From the NCBI RefSeq assembly GCF_006345805.1, contig NC_042998.1:185070001-185134000 (forward strand): a DNA stretch of 64,000 bases, read 5' to 3'. The number at the start of each line of letters is the position of its first letter. Within the stretch, counting starts at the first letter, position 1. Below are positions 23,515 to 36,645 of the stretch, in pieces. The notes under the pieces are model-generated. The model was given only the letters and a program-made list of their open reading frames with translations. It did no database searches and was not told where the DNA came from. The translations under genes and the position numbers were made by a program. The DNA is from Octopus sinensis (Eukaryota).

Positions 23515-23905
23515 CTAGCAGTATCACCCGGCGTTGCTCGGATTTGTTTCAATCCTATAGAATTGGAATTTTTGAAAAGTAAAAATTTTGCATTGTGTCG
23601 ATTGTTGTTCTCTTTAAGTGAACATTTTTCTGGTTGAAATACACCGAAAAATGGCGATACAGCAGTAAAAAATAGTTAAAAATAGTGATTTTCATAGAAA
23701 AAAAGCACCTTTTTTATGTAAATAATTTTTGGTCTTAACATGGTGGGATTTGAATTTTTTCTTCTACGGAATGAAGAGCAACCCTTCTTCTATCATACTT
23801 TTAATTTTGGTCAACTTGCGCCGCAGGGTCTCGGAGGAGATAGTGTTAGTTGAAGGCTGCCAAACCTGCCATACACGGACAACTTCAGCTTTATATATAG
23901 AGAGA
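23515..23905 (-). mobile_element. Non-autonomous Helitron
   Basis: Minus strand starts TCTCTATATATAAAG; ends CCGAGCAACGCCGGGTGATACTG-CTAG; inserted between A and T. Same termini as 19753-20045 with a different interior. Confidence 0.82.
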
Positions 23906-24054
23906 TATAGTCAGCTGATTGTTCATACGTCTATAAGTTCTATATTGACTACTCCTTTCCACTTCTTGCTTACTGCCATACTCATATAGATGCCAAGTGC
24001 GAAAGTATCCCCGATCACTTCAGCCATCCACGGTGACTGATCCTCGTTTACTCT

Positions 24055-24432
24055 TTTATTTTTTTACTTGTTTCAGCCATTTGACTGCGGCCATGCTGGA
24101 GCATCGCCTTTAGTCGAGCAAATCGATCCCAGGACTTATTCTTTGTAAGCCTAGTACTTATTCTATCGGTCTCTTTTGTCGAACCGCTAAGTTACGGGGA
24201 CGTAAAACACACCAGCATCGGTTGTCAAGCGATGTTGGGTGAACAAACACAGACACACAAACATATACACACACATACATATAAAGATATATATATATAT
24301 ATATATATATACGACAGGCTTCTTTCAGTTTCCGTCTACCAAATCCACTTACAAGGCTTTAGTCGGCCCGGGGCTATAGTAGAAGACACTTGCCCAAGGT
24401 GCCACGCAGTGGGACTGAACCCGGAACTATGT
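24055..24432 (-). mobile_element. SINE family B (head truncated)
   Basis: Tail, internal microsatellite and CORE-like GACACTTGCCCAAGGTGCCACGCAGTGGGACTGAACCCGG. Confidence 0.85.
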
Positions 24433-24439
24433 GGAGACT

Positions 24440-24588
24440 CTGTGTCACGCTGAATCTCCCCGAGGACTACGTTAAGGGTGCACGTATCTGTGGAGTGCTC
24501 AGCCACTTGCACGTTAATTTCACGAGCAGGCTGTTCCGTTGATCGGATCAACTCGAACCCTCATCGTCGTAACTGACGGAATGCCACG
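24440..24588 (+). mobile_element. 3' part of another SINE family (D)
   Basis: GGAGTGCTCAGCCACTTGCACGTTAATT...CGTCGTAACTGACGGAATGCCAC. A diverged copy lies at 37070-37212, behind a tRNA-like head near 36875. Confidence 0.55.
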
Positions 24589-25409
24589 TCTTTTTTTTTT
24601 ATAGGATTAAAGTCGATTTGGATCGGCCTCAACGTATAATATGTACGTTTTATCGATATCAGTGCTACCGTTCTTAGAGAAATTTAAATCATTGTCGACT
24701 CTGAGGCGATTTGAATTAAGACAGAGAGAGAGACAAATCGAAATATTGTCAAGCATTTATCCCGATTCTCTCCTAATATTGCTAAGTCGTGGTCTTAATG
24801 TCAGTAATTCGATATAATGATGTGAGTAACGGTCACGGAATATAGCTTAATGAGACCAATGACGTAGAGGATAGAAGTAGTTTCGGAACCACAAATTAAG
24901 TTGCATCTTCATTTTCTATTTTTGCACAAGAATACGTGTCAACTTGTATCAACTAATCAATTTTCATTTTTTAACTTGTCATTATCTCGTAAACTTTTGA
25001 GGTTGTTTTAAGAAATGTCAGCTCTATTGTAATCAAGCTACCAATTACGTTCTGTTGACTCAGTATATAGTTTCTATTTGTTATGTATCCATGATGTACA
25101 TACATTGAAATTTTATATTTATAAGTATTCCTTAAAATGAATGACTTTATTATGCCAAGGCACAATGCCTTACCTTCTGGGAAAGGAAGTAGGAATATTC
25201 AACTTATCAATGACTCTGTTGACCGTAAGTAAATTGAATTAACTCGAATTAAAATCGAAACAGGCTTCTAGGCTTACTTCTTAATCTACGCCCCTCAATC
25301 AGTATTAATATTGGTGGTTAACCCCCTCCACTTATAAAAGCACTGAATTGTTAAAACATTGATCTTGTGATTTAAGAACAGAAGACTGTTTTCCCATCAT
25401 TTTCTCCAG

Positions 25410-25543
25410 ACCTACGGTGAAATACAAACGCAGAATTGCAAGCTTACGAAATAGTCGTCAGCTATAAAGTACTACCACTGATTACAAAGCGAATAATACC
25501 ATCAATTTTCTTGCTCTTAGCTTTATAATGAAGATAGCATCCA
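25410..25543 (+). other. Weak candidate exon (non-coding or terminal)
   Basis: TTTTCTCCAG acceptor and GTAAGT donor, but all three frames contain stops. Confidence 0.15.
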
Positions 25544-27054
25544 GTAAGTTGACTTTGTTATTTGGTTTCGAATCTTGGTTGTAACAGTTTTCACTTTACT
25601 TTAAGCCTAAGGAAGAAAATAATATAATACTGACATTAAGCTAGATCAGACTCTAACTGTTTGGCTTCCTTTTGCTACTACTTCCACATTTGATTAATTA
25701 AAGAGGTGAAATGTTTTTTTCTAAATTACTGGAAATTATCAAATAAAAGTTGTTCATTCTTTCGCGCATGACTTTGACCAAGCCAAACTTACTTATCTCT
25801 AACTATTAGCTGGAGAAGAAAAGATATTACACATATATTTACATATTCCTTTTGAAAATGCTACATGCGATAGTCTTAGAGAATTTCTCTGCAACCTTCT
25901 AGAAATATGAAATAATTACAAGCCAAATGAATTATTGTGGATTGTAAAATGAGAAGAGGAATAAATGTCATATGAAGAGAAATTCAATAGAAATGGTGTG
26001 GACTGTTCTGCGAGTGACGACTGTATAGTCAGTAATTTTGCTCGTCTTCAATAAAACTAGATCTAATATCAACTTCAAATTTTCATTATGTACTTCATTC
26101 CGAAATCTGATTTTTTTTGTTTGCTTTTACTTGTTATGCATTATGGTTTCTTTAACTGATAATTAGTCTGAGATCCAAGGATATAACACAATATCATTTT
26201 TCAGTCGAGATATTTTCTTTCTAATACTTTTTAGCGTTCGTGATTTTCAGCCAATATTGATTGTCTAAAGTGAAGTAAGTTCCACTAAGCTATTTTCTCT
26301 TTCCACACTAATTCAATGTAGACGGCATCATCTATTATCGGCCCTCCTCTATCTTATAAAGGTTAAGGAGCATTTTCCTTTTTAATTCGAAAGTATAAAA
26401 AAAGAAGTCAACCTACCTTAGTGTATTTTGAGTCCAGGACCGAACTATCTGTCTATTAGACCGTCTTTTATTCGGCAACTTATTTTGTCTAAGTTAAAGC
26501 TAATTAGATTTCTCGCTATGAGAATGACTCGTAGACTATTCTAGCAGACAGTAAAGGCTCCAATCACTCACATATCAATTTCAAATTTGGGCACAAGGCC
26601 AGCAAGTTCGGAGGAGGTTAAGTCGACTTCAGTGCTCAATTGATACGTATTTCATTGATCCTGAAAGGATAAAATACGGCGGAATTTGAACTCAGAACGT
26701 AAAGAGGGACGAAATGTCGTTATAGCATTTTGCCCGGCGTGACCGATCACGCCAATATATTGAAGATCTAGCCACTTAAGGAATTACTATGGAGTTGTTC
26801 GACATGGTAGAAACAGCAGCTAATATTCCTTAAATCACAACCTACGGTTTTAAAAAAGATTGTATCTTAGACTACATTGGGAAATGTAGTATCCTCTACA
26901 AAATGCATGATATTGGATGGTCATGGCTGAAATTCTTTTTGTCATGAATCTACTCAACTATTAGCCCATTTTTTCATGGATCTACTAAATGATTAGCCCT
27001 AGGCTGCTCTAGGGCTAATCATTTTGGGTAGTAAAGAAATAGGTATTTCATAAA

Positions 27055-27285
27055 GGGCGGTGAGCTGGCAGAATGGTTAGCACGCCGGGCGAAATGCTTA
27101 GCAGTATTTCGTCTGCCGCTACGTTCTGAGTTCAAATTCGCCGAGGTCGGCTTTGCCTTTCATCCTTCGGGGTCGATTAAATAAATACCAGTTACACACT
27201 GGGGTCGATATAATCGACTTAATCCGTTTGTCTGTCCTTGTTTGTCCTTTCTGTGTTTAGCCCCTTGTGGGTAGTAAAGAATTAG
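27055..27285 (+). mobile_element. SINE family A
   Basis: GGCGGTGAGCTGGCAGAATGGTTAGCACG...GTTCAAATTCG...GGGTAGTAAAGAA. Confidence 0.85.
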
Positions 27286-27404
27286 GCTAATCAACAACTA
27301 TCTGAAGATAATTTCGAACAATTTCGAGGAAAATTATGGATTTCTTTTGATTAGGTCAGAATCGCTTTGTTGTTTTAACAGACTCAGTTTATATATTTTT
27401 TAAT

Positions 27405-27845
<441 letters not shown>

Positions 27846-28198
27846 AAACTCCAATTAACGGACCGGCAAATGTAAAATTAACTGCATCTAGACCCAAACA
27901 GAGACACTTCAAGTATCAAATCGGAACGAGTAATGTAATAATCCTGGCGCTTTATCGCTTGTTCCAACGAGATTAAAGCTTCACGCGAGGAAAATGTATG
28001 CGAGATGCATGACAGATTTTCGGAAACTTTATTCCACAAATTATTCGAGTCGGTTCCAATTATTTCATGGTCTGTTTGTACTAAATTAACCCAAAACATA
28101 AACTGGAATTAGGGTGAACACTCAATTTAAACTGTGAAAATAAGGTAAAATAAAATTAAGAGTAAAAAACATAATTGCTATATTAATGACAACTTGTG

Positions 28199-28229
<31 letters not shown>

Positions 28230-28251
28230 TGAGTGAGTGTGTGTGTATGTG

Positions 28252-28282
<31 letters not shown>

Positions 28283-28429
28283 TGGTTATATACGAATGGA
28301 TTTGCATGTGTATATATATGATATGAATATACATATATCATATATGAATATACATACATATATATATATATAATATATATATATATGAATATACATATAT
28401 CATATATGAATATACATACATACATATAT

Positions 28430-28472
<43 letters not shown>

Positions 28473-28689
28473 TCATGTTTGATGAATAAGATATAAATAT
28501 ATCAAGAACATATATAAAACACGATACAAACATTTAGGGTATGTCAGGCTATGTCGTGAAATGTATTTTTATTTATGAAGTAATTAAAATAAAACTACCG
28601 GGAGGTACCAATGATGTCTAACTATGCAGGCCCTGTGGCTCTATATGTTCAAAGACCCTGTGAAGAATATAGTCGGGGAACTTGTATGT

Positions 28690-29290
28690 ATAAACGCTGA
28701 CGCTTTCGTTTCGGCAAATACTTTCTTGAGAATTAACTTTGGAATTTTAGTGGGGGAAAAATACATTTTCTTTTTTTATTGTAAATCGTTGGAGAAGAAA
28801 TATGTTATGTGGAATATATGATCAATACAGGTACGAACATGATAGGAGGATAGAGGAAGGGACATTTGATGTCTGAAAAGAAAATAAGGTAGGGAAATGA
28901 AAGAAAGAGTAAAGGTGGAAGAGAAAAGATACCTAAAGATGAAGGAAGTCCAAAGTGAAACAGTTTCAGATGTCCGTGTATTTGTGCGTTTTTGGTTCGG
29001 TGAAGATGGTGTTAAGCAGTTTCGTAATAGATACTCGTCGAAGTCGCTGTATTTCCTGGAAATTTTTGATCTACTTTTTGAATAGATGTCGTGTTTATAA
29101 AAGCTTTTGATGATTTTCTTTTTCTTTGTTCCACCCAGGTTATATATTTTACGTGTTTTTTAAGGGTTAGGGCCTGTCGAGAATTTTCCATTTAATGTTG
29201 TAGCCTGAAATCTTTCTTATAATTGCCAGATCTTGTCGGTTAATATTGCTGTATTTCTAATGGAAGATGTACGAGTGCCAGTCACTTTGT
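28690..29290 (-). mobile_element. Decayed Penelope-like element 3' region (GIY-YIG C-terminus plus downstream degenerate hammerhead)
   Basis: Minus translation gives GYNIKWKILDR and SRSKISRKYSDFDEYLLRN, resembling PLE endonuclease ends. Downstream on the same strand lies CTCAAGA A AGT ATTT GCC GAAACG (~28700-28730). Confidence 0.55.
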
Positions 29291-29477
29291 TTAATCACTA
29301 ATTGCCCGATCATGCAGTGGTTTTACTGGTTGGCTCGGTTAGCATTAGCAGATCTCTGGTTGCCAGATCTCTGATTTCACACACACGTGCGCGCAAGCGC
29401 ACACATACGCACTGACAAACATAAACAAACACACATGCAGACAAATATACACAGATACATACGTATACATGCACATG

Positions 29478-29569
<92 letters not shown>

Positions 29570-29582
29570 ACACACTTATCTA

Positions 29583-30680
29583 TTGCGTTGGCAACTAGGT
29601 TCCTGCAGTTTTTTAAAATTTTAGAATTTATTGCGCTTTTGAATTTTGGAATCTATTTCGTTTTTTCTCTAGTTAATTTTCGTTAATTTTTGTTTATTTT
29701 CAGATCATTAAAATGGAATGTCAAGTTAAGCAAAACGACCATTTTCGACACCTCCTTTCTTTTTGCTTTTAATCAAGGTTCTAAGGCCGCAAAAGCTGCT
29801 CGCGACATTTGTGCTGTGTATGGAGAGGGTGCTATAACTGAAAGAACTGCTTGTGATTGGTATGCCTAGTTCAAAAATTGAAATTTTGACCTCAAAGACG
29901 CACCTCGTTTTGGCCGTCCAGTTGACTTCGATGAAGAGCGATTAACCAACTTTTGAGCGAGAATTCTCATCAAACGACAAGGGAACTGGCAGAGAAAATG
30001 GAATGCTCCCACACTGTTATAGAGAAGCATCTTCACTCGATGGGAAAGGTTCAGAAGTATGAAGCATGGGTTCCGCATGCTTTAAGTGACAACAACAAAA
30101 ATCAACGAGCCTCAACCTCCGCTTGTTTGCTTGCTCGTCACAACGATGTTGTGCGTTTGGTGGGACTGGGAATGAATTATCCATTACGAATTACTTGAAC
30201 GGAACCAAACGATCAACGCGGAACTCTATGTTCAACAAATGGAACGACTTAACACGACTATTCAAGAGAAAAGACCTAATCGGCAGCATGGAGTTCTTCT
30301 GCTGCACGACAACGCCTGCCCTCATACCGCCAATATGACCAAGGAGGCCATTCAAACGCATGACTGAGAAGTGCTGCCACACCCGCTATACTCTCCTGGT
30401 TTGGCACCTACGGATTTCCACCTCTTTCGATCTCTTTCAAATGCTATGCGCGAAGTTTAGTTTAATACTGATGCAGAATTGAGAGCTTGGTTGGATCAAT
30501 TTTTCGAGTCGAAACCAGGTGATTTCTACCAACGAGGTATTGAAAATCTTGTTGAACATTGGTAAGAAGTTGTAAACAACAAGGGTAAATATATTATTGA
30601 TTAATTGTTTGTTATTTTTTATGAAACCTTTAAAAAAATTAATTTAAATAAAAACGGCGGGAACTTAGTTGCCAACCCAA
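29583..30680 (+). mobile_element. Internally deleted mariner (DD34D-type) transposon
   Basis: TIRs TTGCGTTGGCAACTAGGTTCCTGC / GCGGGAACTTAGTTGCCAACCCAA flanked by TA. Confidence 0.9.
29713..30604 (+). pseudogene. mariner transposase pseudogene
   Basis: MECQVKQNDHFRH..; WVPHAL; HDNA; YSPGLAPTDFHLF. Contains stops, frameshifts, and a deletion covering the first catalytic Asp. Confidence 0.88.
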
Positions 30681-30999
30681 TATATATGTATCGTTAATAT
30701 ATAACCCTCAATTGACTAAACAATCAGATGTCCTAATAAATCACTGGTTACAATGCACTTCCAGTTTTCTCTTGATTGATTCCTCTCTTCAATTTGGGCC
30801 TGAAATTTTTGACCATGTTGTTTTCCCATCGTCTTTGAAGTCTTCGAAGCGGTCTTTTCTAATCTCTTCGATACAACTCTGCACGGACGGCTCTACTCGC
30901 TATTTGCGAGCCTTGCATATATATATGTGTATACATACATATATACATATGTGTGTGTGCCCGCCCATACACACACACACATATATATATATATATATG

Positions 31000-31405
31000 G
31001 GGCAGGTGTAGTTATTTGGTAAGAAACTTGTTTCCCAACCACATGTTTCCGGCTTCAGTCCCACTGCGTGGCACCTTGGACAATTGTCTTTTACTATAGC
31101 TTCGGGTCGACCAAAGTCTTATGAGTGGATTTGGTAGACGGAAACTGAAAGAAGCCCATCGTATATATATTTGATTATAATTATATGTGTATCTGTGATT
31201 GTCCCCATGCCATCGCTTGACAACCGATGCTGATGTGTATATGTCCACGTCACTTAGCGGTTCAGCAAAAGAGACCGATAGAATAAGTACTGGGCTTACA
31301 AAGAATAAGCCCAGGGGAGCGATTTCTTTCACTAAAACCCTTTAAGGCGATGTGCCAGCATGGCTGCAGTCAAATGACTAAAACAAGTGAAAGAATAAAA
31401 GAATA
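31000..31405 (+). mobile_element. SINE family B
   Basis: Head, CORE-like block and tail with AAAGAAT repeats. Confidence 0.85.
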
Positions 31406-31669
31406 ACAAAGTACAGATATATGAATGTATGTATGTGTGTGAATGTGTGCTATGATGTCTATTATATGAATTGCATATGTTTCCCTCCAATATCTCTGGT
31501 TCCTGTCATATGTTTTCTTGTCTGTGTGTATATGCGTGTTTCTCATATAGAAATGACTGCTTCATTGTCTCACTGCGGTTCCTGTCTTGCACCTCAGTCT
31601 TTTTCTCCTTGTGTCCCAGTCTTTTTCTTTGTCTGCTTCCTGCCATTTTCCGTCTCTCTTTTATACACC

Positions 31670-31683
31670 TGTCTATCTATCTG

Positions 31684-31758
<75 letters not shown>

Positions 31759-31999
31759 GTCTGTCTGTCTATCTCTATCTATCTATCTATCTTTCTCTTT
31801 TTTTTTACATTTTATTTTATCACCCCCCCCCCTTTTTTGTCCTCTTTCTTTCCATTTACGATCCTTTTTGATCGAAAACCAAACCCCCTTCTTTTACCCC
31901 CAAAAGAAAAGCTCTACCTTGTAATTTTGTCCTGTCTGTGTGCAGCCCTGTGTGGCTAATAAAGAAAAATATATATCTATCTATCTATCTATCCTTCTT

Positions 32000-32045
<46 letters not shown>

Positions 32046-32051
32046 CTTCTT

Positions 32052-32086
<35 letters not shown>

Positions 32087-32133
32087 GTCTATCTATCTGT
32101 CTATCTATCTATCTTTCTATTTATCTGTCTATC

Positions 32134-32165
<32 letters not shown>

Positions 32166-32177
32166 CCTATCTATCTA

Positions 32178-32215
<38 letters not shown>

Positions 32216-32237
32216 CGTCTGTCTGTTTGTCTGTCTG

Positions 32238-32271
<34 letters not shown>

Positions 32272-32332
32272 CACCTTCAGTTCTATACTTCGTATCTGCT
32301 TATGTATAAATGTGTGTATGCGTGAAAGCCAT

Positions 32333-32400
<68 letters not shown>
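31670..32400. repeat. (CTAT)n/(CTGT)n/(CT)n microsatellites
   Basis: Direct reading. Source of the YLSI-repeat ORFs. Confidence 0.95.
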
Positions 32401-32519
32401 ATTTCTTTTTCCCCAGTCTGTCTCATTCCAGCCACACACTCAGCCAATCAGTCAGTCAGTCAGTTACTCAATCTTTTTCGAGAGTCAAGTGCTAAATCAA
32501 AGAATCAAAGAACAACAGC

Positions 32520-32680
32520 GTTCGGCTCGGTTTACCGAAGCAGTCGCTGTAGCCTTTGTCAACTGGATATTGGCCGGAAACAACAGGAGTGTTAGCGACC
32601 CTGAAACATTTATGACGTCATTGTCATTGACAACAATGAGCAGAATCGAAGCTAATTTGCGCCATCTTGACAGCTGTCGT
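32520..32680. promoter_or_regulatory. Possible promoter/enhancer motif cluster
   Basis: Within 100 bp of CpG-richer, unique-looking sequence: ATTGG (32569), CCGGAA ETS-like (32574), palindromic TGACGTCA CRE (32613) and GCGCCATCTTG YY1-like (32659). Confidence 0.3.
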
Positions 32681-33864
32681 CAAATATGAGTGTAACGTTT
32701 TTTCACCGAACATCGAAATGTTTTCATACGGTTCGTTTGCTTCTGTTTATGTATATATGGTCCTATGTTTGCATGAGTGTTTGTGCACACACACACACAC
32801 ACGAACACAAACACACATACATGTACACACACACACACACATAAATATGTATATATATATATATATATAAACACACATAAATATATATATATATGAATAT
32901 GTATATAATATATATATACATATATGCATATACATATATATGAATATGTATATAATATATATATATAAATATCTATATAATATATATAAATATATATATA
33001 ATATATATATAGATAGAAATAGCAAGACAATAAAAGAATGAAAGAGACCCCGATATTATTTAAATTGAGGAATTTATCTGTAAATATAATATGTGACAAT
33101 TATTCGGTAGCCATGATAAAACTCCGAGTTTCGGATGTCGCGGCGGAAACCAAGCCGTCATCTCTTCAGTTATCGGGCCATCGAAAAAATGCTTTGAAAA
33201 TGACCGTTAAAACAAAGGGAAATTACTGTGTAGACAAAAGAGCTATTAGAATGACCGCTAAGTAAGGGAAGGGAGTAAAGGTAATGGAGTAAAAATGTTG
33301 ATAGTAATCACGTAAGCGCGCATGTCCATACATACACATGCGCGCCCGCACACCCACGTACACGCGCCTATATGTATATACTCATCCACCCTCACTTGAA
33401 ACACACACATGCTCACCCACACATTCGCCAAAAAATATATACATACTCACATACACACTCGCACACACACACGCACAAAAATGGGTCATACACACGTCTA
33501 TATACGCACATACTCGTATGCACGCACACAGACGTCTAATATACGCACATACCCGCTCACGTCTATATATACACACACGCGCGCGCCCCAAAACATGATT
33601 CATACACACATCTATATACGCTCATGCACAAGAAAAAATGCACTGAAATTCAAGATAGAATCCGAAGTACTGTATCAGCAGCAAAAGCCCAACTGATGTC
33701 TAAGTGAATAAAAACAAAAACAATGAATTACAGTAATATTACCAATTCTATGCATCAAAACATGTGTCTTAATAAATAACAAAACCCGTAGACAAGACTG
33801 CGTAGCTCTTGTGTACAGTTACCAGTAAATGTCCATAATGTGGTGTTGAGTTGTTAATCTGGAG

Positions 33865-33983
33865 CAGGGATTGGCAAAATGTGTTCTGCAAACCTCAGGC
33901 TTCCCTGAAAGTTATCAGTGAATCCACGCTTTTACAAATAATGTCGAAGGATTCTGCGATTAAAAAAAGTTTAGGAACCACTG
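33865..33983. mobile_element. Short decayed hAT (Charlie-like) MITE
   Basis: CAGGGATTGGCAAA ... TTTAGGAACCACTG; degenerate 8-bp flanks ATCTGGAG/ATCTAGCA. Confidence 0.45.
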
Positions 33984-35298
33984 ATCTAGCAATTAACTAA
34001 ATGTTTTTAGGCTTATTGAAGTCATGCCTCTGTACGAATTCATACAGTGGTGTTTGCTGTTGTTCACCAATAGTGCTGTCTGTGAAACACCTTTCTCACC
34101 ATGTAAACAGACGAGCGTATGGTGCATGTGTTTATAGTATTTGGAGATGAAGAAAATTTAATGGTCGCGTGGGAACCACTGATCTAGTGACTAATTGAAT
34201 GTTTTTAGACTTACCAAATTCAGACAGTGATGTTTGCCAGCATTAGCCAATAGTGCTGACTGTGAAACACGTTTCTCGCCAGGTAGACAACGAGTGTATG
34301 ACGTATGTGTTTATTGTGCTTCAAGATGTATGCAGGCTTGCAGCATATCTTGTGCATACATTTTAGTAATGGTAATATAGAGGCCATCAACAGATGTGTA
34401 GTGCTCGCTATAAAATAGTGTTTTTGATATAAGCACCGAACATTCTTTTATAAGCACCAATCATTCCACCTATAGCGCAGGCTACAGTAAGGTAGCCACA
34501 TAATTTTGTTATCGTTTTATTTCTACGTACCTTGGCCCACAAATGTTATCCTATTGTTTGTGAAATACTAGGGTTGACTTTTATATGGGGTCTATGGAAA
34601 ATCGGGGATCGGCTTTTACACAATATCGACTATTACTCGAGTATATATGATATATGTATGTGTATATATATATGTGTGTGTGTATGAATATATATACATA
34701 TATACCCTATGTATGTATGTATGTATGTATGTATGTATGTATGTATGTATGTATGTATGAATGTATGTATGTATGTATGTATGTAGTATACATACACATA
34801 TATATAGGTACACACAGACACGCACGTACATTCACACATTTACATTCAAAGTAGTAGTCGTGATTAATGGAGGTAAGAGCGGGTGCATGTGTCACGATGA
34901 TTGCAATGAGAAATATCTGTGGAGATATTGGTCCTGTAGTAGTTGTAGATATCGTTGTTGTTGTTGTTGTTGTTATTATTATTCATATTCCTCGTTTCCA
35001 TCATCATCATCATCATCACTATCATCATCACCGCTGCTGTTTCTTGTCAGCGTTATCAGCGGTTGGTTTATTAAATCCCGTTTTAATATTAGTCGGCGAC
35101 AAGTGCTGCACTTGAAACCTTTCAGATGCAGGGATTGCCGAGATTATACGAGGTAAATAGTCTAACGAAGTGTCAACTTAGAAGAGATCTTGTCTCTTGT
35201 CCCTTCAATTCAAACGGCATTTACATTAACAAGACCAGGGTTTATTTCCATGCTGATTACCATAAACCTATGACTTCTAATCTTTTCTTCTTTCTGGA

Positions 35299-35329
<31 letters not shown>

Positions 35330-35396
35330 GTTGGACATACTCTGATAGATGATAGAGAAGATCAACCATAGTCATCTTCTCAATGACATTTCATAA

Positions 35397-35796
35397 TCTT
35401 TTCTACTCTAGGCACAAGGCCTGAAATTTGGGGTGAGGGGGGCCAGTCGATTAGATCGACCCCAGTACGTAACTGGTACTTAATTTATCGACCCCGAAAG
35501 GATGAAAGGCAAAGTCGACCTCGGCGGAATTTGAACTCAGAACATAGCGGCAGGCGAAATACCTATTTCTTTACTACCCACAAGGGGCTAAACACAGAGG
35601 GGACAAACAAGGACAGACAAACGGATTAAGTCGATTATATCGACCTCAGTGCGTAACTGGTACTTATTTAATCGACCCCGAAAGGATGAAAGGCAAAGTC
35701 GACCTCGGTGGAATTTGAACTCAGAACATAGCGACAGACGGAATGTCACTAAGCATTTCGGCCGGTGTGCTAACGTTTCTGCCAGCTCGCCGCCTT
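35397..35796 (-). mobile_element. SINE family A dimer with 14-bp TSD
   Basis: ATGACATTTCATAA at 35383-35396 and 35797-35810; internal period 184 bp. Confidence 0.9.
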
Positions 35797-35902
35797 ATGA
35801 CATTTCATAAATGATTGTAGTCTTTAAAAGAAAAAGCAGATAGGTATTTTTCTTTTGGTGGAGGTAAGGGTGTTAATTTTTAAATTTTAGACAAGTTAAA
35901 GT

Positions 35903-36386
35903 GTGACAGTGTAGGTAAGAAGCTTGTTTCCCAACGATGTGGTCTTGCGTTCAGTCACACTGTACGGCTTCTTGGGTAAGTGTCTTGCACTAAAGCCCCT
36001 GGTCGGCCAAACATTTGAGAGTGGATTTGGTAGACGGAATCTGAATAAGAATGTGTGTGTGTGCGTGCGTGGTGTGTAATTATGTGTATGTATATATGTG
36101 TGTGTGTGTGTGTCTGTGTGTTTGTGCGTGATGTATGTATTTTCTTTTACTTCTGGCAGTCATTGGACTGTGGCCATGCTGGGACACCATTTTAAAGGGC
36201 TTATTCGAATAAATCGATCTCAGTACTTAGTTTTAAACCTGGTACTTGCCCTATTGCTTTCTTTGCCGAACCGCTGAGTTTACGGAGCGTTAAAAAACTA
36301 ACACTTGTTAAGTGATGGTGAAGAACAAGAGAACAAGCATATACACATGGAGACACGCACACACACACACATATTCATACAAACAA

Positions 36387-36425
<39 letters not shown>

Positions 36426-36451
36426 AGCACATAGATAAACGGACAGACAGC

Positions 36452-36511
<60 letters not shown>

Positions 36512-36645
36512 CGGGTTTCTTTCTGTTTCCGTCTACCAAATAGGCTATAGTAGAAGCCACATGCTCAAGATCCCGTGCAACATGACTGAATCGGGAACCA
36601 TGTGGTTGGGTAGCAAACTTGTAATCACAGCCACGCTTCAGCCTT
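35903..36645. mobile_element. Oppositely oriented SINE-B copies
   Basis: Plus 5' half at 35903-36052; minus copy at about 36150-36645 with an internal (GATA)n. Confidence 0.7.

Noticed and set aside
28610-28700. CEEYSRGTC as a CCCH zinc-finger exon
   Set aside because: Only half a motif, a stop follows, and it lies beside a PLE remnant.
30720-30910. Minus-strand RWENNMVKNFRPKL as an endonuclease C-terminus or exon
   Set aside because: Too little similarity, and flanked by stops.
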